Assembly (NCBI GenBank): GCA_030950925.1
Contig: JAUZQO010000022.1
Span: 1,851-65,850, forward strand
Origin: Mariprofundaceae bacterium
Lineage (GTDB): Bacteria; Pseudomonadota; Zetaproteobacteria; Mariprofundales; Mariprofundaceae
DNA: 64,000 nt
Direction of reading: 5' to 3'
Program-made: the position numbers and the translations under genes
Notes under the pieces: generated by a model
Told to the model about the DNA's origin: nothing
What the model saw: the letters and a program-made list of their open reading frames with translations, nothing else
The model's database searches: none
Part shown: piece by piece, positions 1 through 9,918 of the stretch
Layout of the letters: every line of letters begins with the position of its first letter
Numbering within the stretch: position 1 is the stretch's first letter

Positions 1-1136
1 ATGGGCTTATTAGGAATCACAGCCTTTTGATCTACACGGGTGGCAAACACTTTATCTTTATTTAAAATAATTTTAATGCCATCAAGCACAATTAACCTTT
101 CTTGCAAGGGTCTTAATCCAGGAATAAAAGCATCATCATTTTTACGGTTTTTTAGAATTTCAACCTCTTCATTAACTTTTAATTGCAATAGTTTGTTTTC
201 CAAACTTCTTAGTCCAGGGGTAAATGCATCTTTATCTTTCCTGCTCAACAAGGCATCCAACTCCGCTTGCAATACTTTAGAACCTCGGAGGTATAATGGA
301 TCACTCGTTGTAGATACAGATATATTGGTTGCTCCTGATTTGGAACGATAGCCTTGTCCCTCATCAATGATTCCTAAAGATTTTGCTAAAGTGATAGCCT
401 CTTTCAATTGCATAGCTTTATCAGCATCTAGCACATTTACACGATGTTTAGCCAAAGCTATGTCACTTGAAATATTTTTTATTGCAACAGCATCTTTTTC
501 TAATAAGGTTGCTATTCTATCCAATCTATTTTTCTTGGCCAAAGATCGCTTACTCTTAATCGTATTCTGCATATCTTTTTTCATATTATCAATTTGAGAA
601 GCAACATTTTCAAACAAATCAGCAACCGTTTTATTTGCTGCCTGAACAATAAAATCATTGACGATGCCTGCTGCAAATTCACCATCATTTGCTTCAAAAT
701 AAACCATTAACAATTTTTTATTTTTTGTGTCAAACCATATTTTTAATGTTTTATTAAAATTCTCAAAAACATCATTCTGATTGATGGTTGAATTTTGCTT
801 TGGATATATATGTTCCAACACATGGCTTGATTGAAATATTTTCCTGCGCAAATCTCGAGATTTCAAATTGGTTAAAAATTGAGCATAAACTGATGTAACT
901 GTAATACCTTGAATACCTTTAATACCTTTAATACCTTGAATACCTTGAATACCTTTAATACCTTGAATCTGTTTGGCTAAAGGCGGCAATAAATAAGCTT
1001 CTGCTTTATAAACTTTTGGGGCAAGAAAAGCATACCCCACACCCAAAAGTAAAGTAATCAAAGTAATCGTATAAATTATTTTCTTTTGGGCAACAAGTAC
1101 ACGCCATATATCAATTAAACTGACCTCATCATTCAT
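1..1136 (-). CDS. Wzz/FepE-family polysaccharide co-polymerase (chain-length determinant), 5' part only; the ORF is open to the left window edge
   Basis: Absent from the ORF track because it has no stop inside the window. Manual translation of the minus strand from ATG 1136-1134 is stop-free down to position 3. The product starts MNDEVSLIDIWRVLVAQKKIIYTITLITLLLGVGYAFLAPKVYKAEAYLLPP (short cytoplasmic tail, TM1, periplasmic entry as in Wzz proteins). It continues as a long K/E/L-rich helical region and contains DPLYLRGSKVLQAELDALL, reminiscent of the conserved Wzz LFLLGSEAL segment. It lies directly downstream of ugd. Confidence 0.7.
   Translation of the reverse strand, partial: MNDEVSLIDIWRVLVAQKKIIYTITLITLLLGVGYAFLAPKVYKAEAYLLPPLAKQIQGIKGIQGIQGIKGIKGIQGITVTSVYAQFLTNLKSRDLRRKIFQSSHVLEHIYPKQNSTINQNDVFENFNKTLKIWFDTKNKKLLMVYFEANDGEFAAGIVNDFIVQAANKTVADLFENVASQIDNMKKDMQNTIKSKRSLAKKNRLDRIATLLEKDAVAIKNISSDIALAKHRVNVLDADKAMQLKEAITLAKSLGIIDEGQGYRSKSGATNISVSTTSDPLYLRGSKVLQAELDALLSRKDKDAFTPGLRSLENKLLQLKVNEEVEILKNRKNDDAFIPGLRPLQERLIVLDGIKIILNKDKVFATRVDQKAVIPNKP
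903..968 (-). repeat. In-frame 9-bp tandem repeat, 7 units of AATACCTT[G/T] (+ strand), encoding (I-[Q/K]-G)x7 inside the Wzz-like ORF
   Basis: Read directly: aataccttg aataccttt aataccttt aataccttg aataccttg aataccttt aataccttg aat. Units differ only at the ninth base, which switches a Gln codon to a Lys codon on the coding strand. Confidence 0.95.
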
Positions 1137-1449
1137 TTTAATTCCCTTATATTCCTTCAGCGACTGAATTGGTTGAGGATCCTTACCCTGTTATGCAGAT
1201 AAATCACCAGCGCCATGACCCATAATTTTGTAAAAAAAATCAAGTCAGACATCATTGATTTTAAATAATTTTATCTGCTGTTATATTGCAAGCTTTCATA
1301 AGCTGAACTTAAGACTTTTAAACATTCATCCGATACGTTCCCACATAAGCGTATGGGAATGAGGTGTAGTTCATCTTGTGGTCGCTTGGCGTATAAATTT
1401 TTTGGCAATTTACAGATTTTAATACTACATGCAACCTGACTTCAAGCAC

Positions 1450-1467
1450 AGCAAGCAAGCAAGCAAG
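1450..1467. repeat. Tetranucleotide microsatellite (AGCA)x4.5 in the ugd / Wzz-like intergenic region
   Basis: agcaagcaagcaagcaag read directly at 1450-1467. Confidence 0.9.
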
Positions 1468-1505
1468 TTTGCTCGACCAACCTCATTCAACCCAGTAAAA
1501 ATAAC

Positions 1506-2672
1506 TTAATCCCTTCCAAACAAATCACGCGTATAGACCTTATCGCTCACATCTGAAATTTCATCACTCATACGATTGGCAACAATCACATCCGATATTG
1601 CCTTAAAATATTCCAATTGTTTAATCACTTTGGAATGAAAAAAACTATCTTCTTTCAATACAGGCTCGTACACCACCACTTCAATGCCCTTGGCTTTGAT
1701 GCGTTTCATCACACCTTGAATCGAAGATGCCCTAAAATTATCCGAGCCTAATTTCATAATCAAACGGTAAATACCAACCACCTTGGGGGCTCTTTTAATA
1801 ATCGCATCGGCAATAAAATCTTTACGCAAACTATTCGCATCAACAATTGCACCAATAAGACTGTTGGGAATATCTTCATAATTGGCGCGTAATTGCTTGG
1901 TATCTTTGGGTAAGCAATAGCCTCCATAACCAAAGGATGGATTACTATAATGGCTTCCTATACGTGGATCCAAACCCACCCCTTCAATGATTTGTTTGCT
2001 ATCCAAACCACGGATTTCCGCATAGCTATCAAGTTCATTGAAATAAGCCACGCGCATCGCTAAATATGTATTGGAAAATAACTTCACAGCTTCTGCTTCT
2101 GTGGAATCCGTGAATAATACTGAAATATTTTCTTTCTCTGCGCCTTCCAGCAATAACGAAGCAAATACTTCTGCACGCTTAGAACGCTCGCCTATAATAA
2201 TCCGTGATGGATAAAGGTTATCATATAAAGCACTGCCTTCTCTCAAGAATTCTGGAGCGAAAACAATTCGATCACAGTCTAGTTTTTTTTTCAAATCAAC
2301 CGTAAAACCCACTGGAACTGTTGATTTAATCACAATCACAGATTTAGGATTGATATTTATCACATCTTGAATCACTTGTTCAACCGTTGATGTGTTAAAA
2401 TAGTTGGTCACAGGGTCATAATCAGTGGGCGTTGCAACAATGACAAAATCAGCACCCTGATAAGCTTCTTGAGCATTGAGCGTTGCTTTAAAATTAAGTT
2501 TTTTATGACTTAAAAAATCCTCTATTTCTTTATCCACAATGGGCGACTTCTTTGCATTTAATAAGGCTATTTTCTCAGCAACCACATCAAGCGCAACCAC
2601 CTCATGATGCTGCGCCAAAAGCATCGCATTGGATAAACCAACATAACCCGTTCCAACCACTGCAATTTTCAT
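1506..2672 (-). CDS. ugd: UDP-glucose 6-dehydrogenase
   Basis: 388-aa ORF with N-terminal Rossmann [16 protein letters not shown] and the catalytic-Cys region [15 protein letters not shown]. Length is typical of Ugd. Confidence 0.9.
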   Translation of the reverse strand: MKIAVVGTGYVGLSNAMLLAQHHEVVALDVVAEKIALLNAKKSPIVDKEIEDFLSHKKLNFKATLNAQEAYQGADFVIVATPTDYDPVTNYFNTSTVEQVIQDVININPKSVIVIKSTVPVGFTVDLKKKLDCDRIVFAPEFLREGSALYDNLYPSRIIIGERSKRAEVFASLLLEGAEKENISVLFTDSTEAEAVKLFSNTYLAMRVAYFNELDSYAEIRGLDSKQIIEGVGLDPRIGSHYSNPSFGYGGYCLPKDTKQLRANYEDIPNSLIGAIVDANSLRKDFIADAIIKRAPKVVGIYRLIMKLGSDNFRASSIQGVMKRIKAKGIEVVVYEPVLKEDSFFHSKVIKQLEYFKAISDVIVANRMSDEISDVSDKVYTRDLFGRD

Positions 2673-3124
2673 CGTTTTTTACCATATTTTTGATAAACAA
2701 ATGATATGCCATCATGCAGGGCATTTATATTCCCCATGTGTAGACACGATTTCAAACCTTGTGCCATATTCGCCAAACCACGGGTAATCTTACGCCTGAC
2801 AAAAGTCTCACCACGACGTGGCGACTCATGGTTAAACAAAAGGCCATTACAAGCATACATAGCATACGATTCACGATAATTCACTACAATCCAATAGGCA
2901 TACATCTTGGCAACGGCGTATGGAGAGTGCGGATAAAAGGGTGTCGTTTCCTTTTGTGGAATCTCTTGCACTTTACCAAACAGCTCTGATGTCGATGCCT
3001 GATAAAACTTCACTTTCTCTTCCATACCCAACAAGCGAATCGCTTCAAGCAAATGTAAAGTTCCCAAAGTATCGCCATCTGCCATATATTCGGATGATTC
3101 AAAGCTTACTGCCACATGTGATTG
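2669..3124 (-). pseudogene. gmd: GDP-mannose 4,6-dehydratase remnant (central core only, truncated at both ends)
   Basis: [12 protein letters not shown]...[75 protein letters not shown] is the Gmd catalytic core (YxxxK = YAVAK). The N-terminal GxxGxxG Rossmann part is missing and is replaced by IS-end sequence. After NINAL the reading frame leaves Gmd similarity and stops ([15 protein letters not shown]), overlapping the ugd ATG, so the C-terminal third is also missing. Confidence 0.8.
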
Positions 3125-3139
3125 TGCGCGTGAAGTTCT

Positions 3140-3159
3140 CTCGGCATTAAAATACCGAG
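3140..3159 (-). repeat. IS200/IS605 right-end subterminal hairpin
   Basis: ctcggcattaaaataccgag has a 7-bp perfect stem (ctcggca/taccgag gives 6-7 pairs). It is the paralogue of the hairpin at 4190-4209 and lies downstream of the tnpB stop. Confidence 0.7.
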
Positions 3160-3238
3160 CATCAAACTGATGCAAAAGATTCCTGCTTCACGGAAGCGGC
3201 TTGTATTCTCTTGATAGAGAATACAGAGGTCGTCTTCT

Positions 3239-3694
3239 TCACAGGCGTGTGTTGGGTGCTTCCAACCCTATTTGTTCGATGTTCTTCGCAGCGTTAATAT
3301 CCCTGTCATGAATAATGTTACATTGAGGGCATGTCCATTCTCTATCAGAGAGTTTTAATCCATCATATTTATAATCACAACCATGCGTTGAGCAAAGCTT
3401 GCTAGATGGTTCCCATTGTCCAATTTGAACAATGATTGAGCCATTCCAGTGCGCTTTGTACTGAAGCTGCCTGACAAACTCACTCCAGCCACAATCTGAT
3501 ATGGCTTTTGAGAGATGTCGGTTTTTCATCATGCCCCTCACATTCAGCGATTCGAGATAGATCACTTGGTTTTCGTTGACTATCCGTTTGCTCTCTTTGT
3601 GTAGGAAATTATTTCTTTGATTCGCAAAAAACACAGCCTGTTCATCGGTTGGATATATCCGAAACTTGTATGCTTTATTGACAACTTCAATCAT
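3239..3694 (-). pseudogene. tnpB: TnpB (OrfB) RNA-guided nuclease homologue with a large in-frame internal deletion (151 aa instead of the usual roughly 350-400)
   Basis: The N-terminus KAYKFRIYPTDEQAVFFANQ (OrfB_IS605 N-terminal signature) is joined directly to the C-terminal RuvC/zinc-finger part NFLHKESKRIVNENQVIYLESLNVRGMMKN...CSTHGC...WTCPQCNIIHDRDINAAKNI. Confidence 0.8.
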
Positions 3695-4103
3695 TTCTTC
3701 TTTTGATCCTCAATGTACTTGCGCACTGTATCTTCAGAAATATGACCAATCGTTTCAATATATGTGGATGGATTCCATAAGTGTCCACCCCACAGCTTAG
3801 ATTTCAATTCGGGATGCCTTACAAAAATCCTACGTGCAGAAATCCCCTTCATCATTTTGTAAATGTACGATGGAGAAATCTTTGGTTTTGCTGATGCAAA
3901 TACATGGATATGGTCAATGTAACATTCCATTTCTTTGATGATAAAACACTTGTCATCTGCAATTTGGAATAACAATCTTTCAGCGAAGTCTCAACTTCAC
4001 CAACCAAAACTTTACGCCTATATTTCACAGACCACACAATATGATAACCTATATTATGTACTGTGGTTCTATCATGAATTAACCCAATTGACATATTGCG
4101 CAT
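3691..4103 (-). pseudogene. tnpA: IS200-type Y1 (HuH) transposase TnpA, split by a frameshift near 3960-3975
   Basis: ORF 3852-4103 gives HNIGYHIVWSVKYRRKVLVGEVETSLKD (N-terminal half). ORF 3691-3975 in another frame gives DHIHVFASAKPKISPSYIYKMMKGISARRIFVRHPELKSKLWGGHLWNPSTYIETIGHISEDTVRKYIEDQ (HuH motif and the C-terminal half). Confidence 0.85.
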
Positions 4104-4189
4104 GGTATAGATATATTTACTTATTGACTATATATAATAGCATTTATTCTATTACATATCCTTATTCTACCGCACAACATTACTTTCAT

Positions 4190-4209
4190 CTCGGCAATGA
4201 ATTACCGAG
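4190..4209 (-). repeat. IS200/IS605 left-end subterminal hairpin
   Basis: ctcggcaatgaattaccgag lies upstream of tnpA. It has the same arms as the hairpin at 3140-3159. Confidence 0.7.
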
Positions 4210-4401
4210 GATTCCCGTAATGCTTCCTAAAGCAGTAGTAAAAAAAATACACCTCCTTAAATTCAACTTTTCACACTCAACTAACCCTGTGCCATCAGGC
4301 TTTAAAAGAGCCAAAATCCATTTTAAATGGATAAGGCAATTAAATTGGTATCGATCATGCTTAATAATATTGATAATAATTATCATTATCAAGGAGTAAG
4401 T

Positions 4402-5124
4402 ATGAATAAAATAGTTATCATGGTTGGCTTAGGTATATCCATATCATTGCTGCCCACATTGGCAACTGCCAAAAAAGTTTATTCACCTATTGTTACCCAA
4501 GGTGAAGTTGAAGTAGAGACGCAAAGCGAAGTGTTTCGTAGTAAAAATCCTGCGGAAAATGGAAAACAAAAACATCAATTGGAGTTATCCTATGGTATAA
4601 CGGATAACTGGCATTCGGGTGTTTATATTGTGTATGAAAAAAACCTAGGGCAATCAATGCGTTATACGCAATCCAAATGGGCTAATATTATTCAACTTAC
4701 TGAGCAAGGAAAATACTGGGTTGATATGGGCGTATATGCTGAATACATACGTTATAAACCAAGCCTTCGTAAAGCAGACGTGTTGGAGCTAAAACTTTTA
4801 TTTGAACGACCTGTTAAACAATGGAAGCACACCTTGAACCTTGTGTTTAAGCAGCCTTTATGGGGTATCAATCAATCATCAATGGGTCTTGGCTATGCGT
4901 GGCGTTCAAGGTATAAAACTGATATGGGATTAGAGGCTGGTATTGAAGCATATGGCTCACTGGGTACAAATAAACAAGTCTTACTGACGCAACGACAATT
5001 GATTGGTCCTGTTATCGAATACACGTTCAATGATACCGTTGAAGTGAATGCAGGGTGGTTAATGAGTAGTAAAGAAGGCCCTGCTTATGGTGATTTTAAG
5101 CTAAATATGGAAGTTAAATTCTAA
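4402..5124 (+). CDS. Putative small outer-membrane beta-barrel protein (function unknown)
   Basis: ATG 4402 is preceded by AAGGAG (4391-4396). The signal peptide is MNKIVIMVGLGISISLLPTLATA-KK. The sequence has alternating hydrophobic/aromatic beta-strand-like segments and a C-terminal ...KLNMEVKF ending in Phe, as in many OMPs. The track start 4327 is rejected. Confidence 0.55.
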   Translation: MNKIVIMVGLGISISLLPTLATAKKVYSPIVTQGEVEVETQSEVFRSKNPAENGKQKHQLELSYGITDNWHSGVYIVYEKNLGQSMRYTQSKWANIIQLTEQGKYWVDMGVYAEYIRYKPSLRKADVLELKLLFERPVKQWKHTLNLVFKQPLWGINQSSMGLGYAWRSRYKTDMGLEAGIEAYGSLGTNKQVLLTQRQLIGPVIEYTFNDTVEVNAGWLMSSKEGPAYGDFKLNMEVKF

Positions 5125-5127
5125 AAA

Positions 5128-5176
5128 ATGATGCACGGCATTCCCATAAATAGGAATGCCGTGCATCATTTTTTAA
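5128..5176 (+). terminator. Rho-independent terminator after the OMP-like gene
   Basis: 17-bp perfect stem atgatgcacggcattcc / ggaatgccgtgcatcat with loop cataaata, followed by a T6 run. An A-run precedes it, so it could act bidirectionally. Confidence 0.85.
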
Positions 5177-5225
5177 ATTTTCCACAATATATAAAATATA
5201 TTCAATGTTGTTTATAGTTCGCCTT

Positions 5226-6413
5226 ATGGATATTCAACAACAACTGACCTTATTATCGCGTGGTACATTAGAAATTCTGCCGAAGGATTCATTGGAGGCG
5301 AAGTTACGCCTTGCGAAAAAAGAAAATCGCCCTTTACGTGTGAAAGCTGGTTTTGACCCGACGGCACCTGACTTGCATTTGGGTCACACAGTCTTATTAG
5401 AAAAATTACACCAATTTCAACAATGTGGGCATCAAGTAGTGTTCTTAATTGGTGATTTCACAGGTATGATTGGTGACCCAACGGGCAAAAATGAAACTCG
5501 CCCGCCACTCACCCAAGCTGATGTGCTTGCCAATGCTGAGACCTATAAACAGCAAGTATTTAAAATATTAGACCCTGAAAAAACAGAAATACGTTTTAAC
5601 TCTGAATGGTTTGGCAAAATGAGTGCGGCAGATATGATTGCTTTGGCAGGTAAAGCGACAGTAGCACGTATGCTGGAGCGTGATGATTTTGAAAAACGTT
5701 ATAAAGGTGGGCAATCCATTGCCATTCATGAGTTTTTGTATCCATTGGTGCAAGGTTATGATTCAGTCGTATTGGAAGCTGATATTGAGCTGGGTGGCAA
5801 CGATCAAAAGTTTAACCTATTGATGGGGCGGCAGCTACAAGAGTCTCATCAAAAAACACCGCAAATGATTATGACGATGCCGTTGTTGGAAGGTTTGGAT
5901 GGTGTCAATAAAATGTCCAAATCATTGAATAACTATATTGCCATTGAAGATACACCGAGCAATCAATTTGGTAAACTGATGTCGGCATCGGATGATTTGA
6001 TGATGCGTTATTATGAGTTATTAACGGATATAGATTTGGACAGTATTCGAGTCCTTCATCCGATGGAAGCCAAAAAACAGTTGGCAGCATTGATTGTAGC
6101 TCGTTTTCATGGTGAAGAAGCAGGGAAAGCTGCGCGTGAAGGCTTTGAAAAACAGTTTGCCAAAAAAGAAGTGCCCGATGATATACCTGAAGCATCCTTG
6201 CCCGCTGAAGATGGACGTTTATGGCTGGTGAAGGCTTTGAGTGAAGCAGGTTTAACGAAATCCAATGGTGAAGGTATGCGTTTAATCAAACAAGGGGCGG
6301 TGTCTGTGGATGGTGAAAAAGTCAGTGATAAAGACTTTTCATTGCCTGTGGGCGGTGCATATTTGGTCAAGTGTGGCAAACGTCGTTTTCTTCAGTTGAG
6401 TGTGACGGCATGA
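5226..6413 (+). CDS. tyrS: Tyrosine--tRNA ligase (type 2)
   Basis: HIGH motif as DLHLGHTV, a KMSKS motif, and a C-terminal S4-like domain ([17 protein letters not shown]). The start is chosen at MDIQQQL. Confidence 0.9.
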   Translation: MDIQQQLTLLSRGTLEILPKDSLEAKLRLAKKENRPLRVKAGFDPTAPDLHLGHTVLLEKLHQFQQCGHQVVFLIGDFTGMIGDPTGKNETRPPLTQADVLANAETYKQQVFKILDPEKTEIRFNSEWFGKMSAADMIALAGKATVARMLERDDFEKRYKGGQSIAIHEFLYPLVQGYDSVVLEADIELGGNDQKFNLLMGRQLQESHQKTPQMIMTMPLLEGLDGVNKMSKSLNNYIAIEDTPSNQFGKLMSASDDLMMRYYELLTDIDLDSIRVLHPMEAKKQLAALIVARFHGEEAGKAAREGFEKQFAKKEVPDDIPEASLPAEDGRLWLVKALSEAGLTKSNGEGMRLIKQGAVSVDGEKVSDKDFSLPVGGAYLVKCGKRRFLQLSVTA

Positions 6414-6787
6414 CACTTCCTTATCAATTTGAAATCACTGTTGCACCTGAGTATTTGGAAGAACAATCCGATGCAGAGGCAACGCAGTTTATTTTCGCCT
6501 ACCACATAAAAATTCGCAATATTGGTCGTAAATCAGCCAAATTATTGCGCCGTCATTGGGTGATTACAGATGCTGATAATAAGGTTGAAGAGATTCATGG
6601 TGATGGGGTTGTCGGTGAGCAGCCCCTCATTTCTCCCAGTGGCGAACATGAATACAGTAGTTTTTGTGTTCTGGATACACCACTTGGTTGTATGCATGGC
6701 AGTTATCATATGCTGGGGGAAGATGGTCATGAATTTATAGCCAATATTCCTATTTTTACTTTGGCAAAGAAAGGGATTCTACACTAA
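6410..6787 (+). CDS. apaG: ApaG (DUF525) protein
   Basis: [68 protein letters not shown] is the characteristic ApaG pattern. ATG 6410 overlaps the tyrS stop (ATGA). Confidence 0.85.
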   Translation: MTLPYQFEITVAPEYLEEQSDAEATQFIFAYHIKIRNIGRKSAKLLRRHWVITDADNKVEEIHGDGVVGEQPLISPSGEHEYSSFCVLDTPLGCMHGSYHMLGEDGHEFIANIPIFTLAKKGILH

Positions 6788-6943
6788 TTTTAGTGCCGAA
6801 AGAACTTCACAGCCTATGACACCCATCATGTGTTCATTTTGTTTGATTCCCGATTAAAAGACCACAGGATGACGGGATAGGGGCTATTGATACTTAAATG
6901 ACTACAGTTACACTTTTGCTTAAAATTTTTGAGAGGTTGAAGC

Positions 6944-8794
6944 ATGCCAGTATACCGTTCTAGAACCACCACCGCAGGTCGCAATATGGCAGGCGCTCGC
7001 TCGCTTTGGCGTGCCACAGGCATGACCGATGATGATTTTGAAAAGCCCATCATTGCCGTGGTCAATTCATTCACGCAATTTGTGCCAGGACATGTTCATT
7101 TGAAAGATTTGGGGCAAATGGTGGCACGAGAAATTGAAGCTGCTGGTGGTGTTGCCAAAGAGTTTAACACGATAGCTGTCGATGATGGTATTGCCATGGG
7201 GCATGGCGGTATGCTGTATTCATTGCCAAGCCGTGAAATTATTGCCGATTCGGTCGAATATATGGTCAATGCGCATTGTGCCGATGCGATGGTGTGTATT
7301 TCCAACTGCGATAAAATTACACCAGGTATGTTGATGGCTGCCCTGCGTTTGAATATTCCTGCTGTATTTGTATCGGGTGGGCCGATGGAAGCGGGTAAAG
7401 TGACCATCAAGAACCGTGAACAAATGCTTGATTTGGTCGATGCGATGGTGATGGCGGCTGATGACAACGAAACGGATGAAGATGTGGCAGCGGTTGAACG
7501 TTCAGCCTGCCCAACGTGTGGTTCTTGCTCGGGTATGTTTACTGCCAACTCCATGAACTGTTTAACCGAAGCCTTGGGCTTTTCCCTACCTGGTAATGGT
7601 TCATTGCTTGCCACACATGCTGATCGCAAAGCGTTGTTTTTAGAAGCTGGACGTTTGATTGTAGAAATTACCAAACGCTATTATGAACAGGATGATGCCT
7701 CTGTGTTACCGTGTTCCATTGCCACCTTTGAAGCCTTTGAAAATGCTATGGCATTGGATATTGCCATGGGTGGCTCAACCAACACCGTCTTGCATTTGCT
7801 CGCCTGTGCGCAAGAAGCGGAAGTGGATTTCAGCATGAACGATATGGATCGCTTGAGCCGAAAAGTTCCGAACCTATGCAAGGTTGCTCCCGCAGTGCAG
7901 CACTATCACATGGAAGATGTGCATCGGGCTGGTGGGGTCATCAGTATTTTAGCGGAGCTGGATCGAGGGGGTTTGATTCACCGTGATACGCACACGGTTC
8001 ATTCAGCAAGCTTGGGTGATGCTTTGGATGCCAATGATATTGTGAATGAAGCGAATACAATACCACGTGAGATGTTCCGCGCAGCACCAGGTGGCATTCC
8101 GACACAAGTCGCATTTTCTCAATCAGAACGTTGGAAAACATTGGATACGGATCGTCAAGAGGGTTGTATTCGCAGTGTTGAACATGCCTATTCAAAAGAA
8201 GGTGGCTTGGCGGTGTTGTTTGGCAATATTGCCGAGCGCGGTTGTATTGTGAAGACTGCAGGTGTGGATGAATCCATTTGGAAGTTTACAGGCACAGCGC
8301 GGGTATTTGTATCCCAAGATGATGCGGTGAATGCTATTTTGAACGATAAAATAAAAGCAGGTGATATGGTGATTATCACCTATGAAGGTCCGAAAGGTGG
8401 ACCTGGGATGCAGGAAATGCTTTACCCGACCTCTTATCTCAAATCCAAAGGTATGGGCAAGGTGTGTGCTTTGCTCACTGATGGTCGGTTTTCTGGTGGC
8501 ACGTCAGGTTTATCCATTGGACACGCTTCACCCGAAGCTGCTGAAGGTGGTGCGATTGGTTTGATTGAAGATGGCGATACCATCAATATTGATATTCCGA
8601 ATCGCAGTATCAATCTTATGATTTCTGATGAAGAGCTAACAAACCGTCGTGTGGCTATGGAAGCCAAGGGCAAGGATGCTTGGATGCCCGTTGGGCGTGA
8701 GCGTGTTGTTTCCAAAGCATTAAAAGCCTATGCCGCTTTGACAACGTCGGCAGATAAAGGCGCTGTGCGTGATTTAGAGCAATTGAATAGATGA
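6944..8794 (+). CDS. ilvD: Dihydroxy-acid dehydratase
   Basis: 616 aa. The N-terminus is [26 protein letters not shown], with [12 protein letters not shown] and [18 protein letters not shown] Fe-S ligand regions. Confidence 0.95.
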   Translation: MPVYRSRTTTAGRNMAGARSLWRATGMTDDDFEKPIIAVVNSFTQFVPGHVHLKDLGQMVAREIEAAGGVAKEFNTIAVDDGIAMGHGGMLYSLPSREIIADSVEYMVNAHCADAMVCISNCDKITPGMLMAALRLNIPAVFVSGGPMEAGKVTIKNREQMLDLVDAMVMAADDNETDEDVAAVERSACPTCGSCSGMFTANSMNCLTEALGFSLPGNGSLLATHADRKALFLEAGRLIVEITKRYYEQDDASVLPCSIATFEAFENAMALDIAMGGSTNTVLHLLACAQEAEVDFSMNDMDRLSRKVPNLCKVAPAVQHYHMEDVHRAGGVISILAELDRGGLIHRDTHTVHSASLGDALDANDIVNEANTIPREMFRAAPGGIPTQVAFSQSERWKTLDTDRQEGCIRSVEHAYSKEGGLAVLFGNIAERGCIVKTAGVDESIWKFTGTARVFVSQDDAVNAILNDKIKAGDMVIITYEGPKGGPGMQEMLYPTSYLKSKGMGKVCALLTDGRFSGGTSGLSIGHASPEAAEGGAIGLIEDGDTINIDIPNRSINLMISDEELTNRRVAMEAKGKDAWMPVGRERVVSKALKAYAALTTSADKGAVRDLEQLNR

Positions 8795-8826
8795 TGGATA
8801 TGTGTGATAAAGCAAAGGAATAAAAC

Positions 8827-9498
8827 ATGAAAATTTGGGAGCTATTGGCGCAAACAACGGTGGAGGGCGCAGCGCATGACATGCGTTTGTATCAACGGGG
8901 TGATGAATTCTCGATTAAAACAGGTTATTCGGAGTTGATGAACAGTCGCATGCACAGTTCTGAAGATTTATTGGCTGAATTGGGCTGTCGCGCTTTGAAG
9001 CAAGGTCAAAAATCACGGGTATTGATTGGTGGTTTGGGTATGGGTTACACGCTTGCTGCGGCTTTGAAACATACCCCTGATGATGCTGAAATTATTGTGG
9101 CGGAGCTTGTGCCTGCGGTAGTTGAATGGAATCGTAGTTATTTATCACATCTTGCCGACGCTCCTTTGAAAAATGAGCGGGTGAGTGTGTATGAAGGCGA
9201 TGTTGGGGTGTTGATGCTCCATGATAAAATGGGCTTTGATGCCATTTTATTGGATGTCGATAACGGACCAGACGGATTGACGCGTCAAGAAAATGGTGCG
9301 TTGTATAGTGTTAAAGGTTTGAAGTCAGCTAAGGCTGCTTTACACACTCAAGGTGTGTTTGGGGTTTGGTCGGCATTTCCTGAACCAAGGTTTACCAAAA
9401 AAATGAAGCAAGCAGGTTTTCAAACCGAAGAAGTAGCATGCCGCGCGCATGGTCAACGTGGTAGTAAACATATGGTTTGGTTGGGTGTTCGACCGTAA
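8827..9498 (+). CDS. Spermidine synthase-like class I methyltransferase-fold protein
   Basis: 223 aa. Contains LMNSRMHSSEDLLAELGC and a SAM-fold glycine motif RVLIGGLGMGYT...DAILLDVDNGP, as in short spermine/spermidine-synthase-like proteins. Confidence 0.6.
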   Translation: MKIWELLAQTTVEGAAHDMRLYQRGDEFSIKTGYSELMNSRMHSSEDLLAELGCRALKQGQKSRVLIGGLGMGYTLAAALKHTPDDAEIIVAELVPAVVEWNRSYLSHLADAPLKNERVSVYEGDVGVLMLHDKMGFDAILLDVDNGPDGLTRQENGALYSVKGLKSAKAALHTQGVFGVWSAFPEPRFTKKMKQAGFQTEEVACRAHGQRGSKHMVWLGVRP

Positions 9499-9519
9499 GT
9501 AAAAAAGGAAATGTAAACC

Positions 9520-9918
9520 ATGAAAAATCAACTAACAGCAGCGATTGTCTTTTATTTCAAGGGTGAAAAATTTGATTTTTCTGCCCATATTGATGTGGAT
9601 AAATGGCTACGAGAACACTTGGGGGATATGGAATATGTCTATGATGTGATTGCCCTTGCCAATGGTTTGGATCGCTATCGTCATGAATATGATGTGATGG
9701 TGATGGAGCCTGTGTGTTTTTTACAAGGCACAGGTTTAGCCGCTGACCATATCATGGATGGTCAATTTGATTTGGAGGGCTTTCAAGTCACCTACGGAGA
9801 AGAAAAAGCCTTGTCTGCGCTAAGTCTAATCGCCAAGCAGTACTTGGATATTACCAATCTAGAAGAGCATCCAAGCATCCAAGCAGCGTTGCTGGCTGCT
9901 TATCATGCGAAGAGATAG
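9520..9918 (+). CDS. Hypothetical protein (132 aa)
   Basis: Uninterrupted ORF with an AAGGA SD-like element upstream and codon usage like its neighbours. No motif recognised. Confidence 0.45.
   Translation: MKNQLTAAIVFYFKGEKFDFSAHIDVDKWLREHLGDMEYVYDVIALANGLDRYRHEYDVMVMEPVCFLQGTGLAADHIMDGQFDLEGFQVTYGEEKALSALSLIAKQYLDITNLEEHPSIQAALLAAYHAKR

Larger units (their letters stand above)
3126..4225 (-). mobile_element. IS200/IS605-family insertion sequence, degraded (frameshifted tnpA, internally deleted tnpB); the boundaries are approximate
   Basis: A Y1-transposase tnpA and a tnpB pair overlap in ATGA (3691-3694). Near-identical subterminal imperfect hairpins sit in the same orientation at both ends: ctcggcaATGAATtaccgag (4190-4209) and ctcggcaTTAAAAtaccgag (3140-3159). 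There are no terminal inverted repeats, as expected for this family. Confidence 0.8.

Noticed and set aside
40-597. Plus-strand ORFs 40-351 and 367-597 from the track
   Set aside because: Both are antisense to a long stop-free minus-strand frame with clear Wzz-like features. Their products are low-complexity (S/L/F/N-rich) and have no RBS.
3691-4103. Programmed frameshift in tnpA
   Set aside because: IS200/IS605 Y1 transposases are translated from a single frame, and there is no slippery heptamer at the junction. It is interpreted as a mutation.
4327-4401. Upstream extension of the OMP-like ORF (track start 4327)
   Set aside because: The extension (MDKAIKLVSIMLNNIDNNYHYQGVS) precedes a canonical AAGGAG-N7-ATG and a perfect signal peptide starting at 4402.
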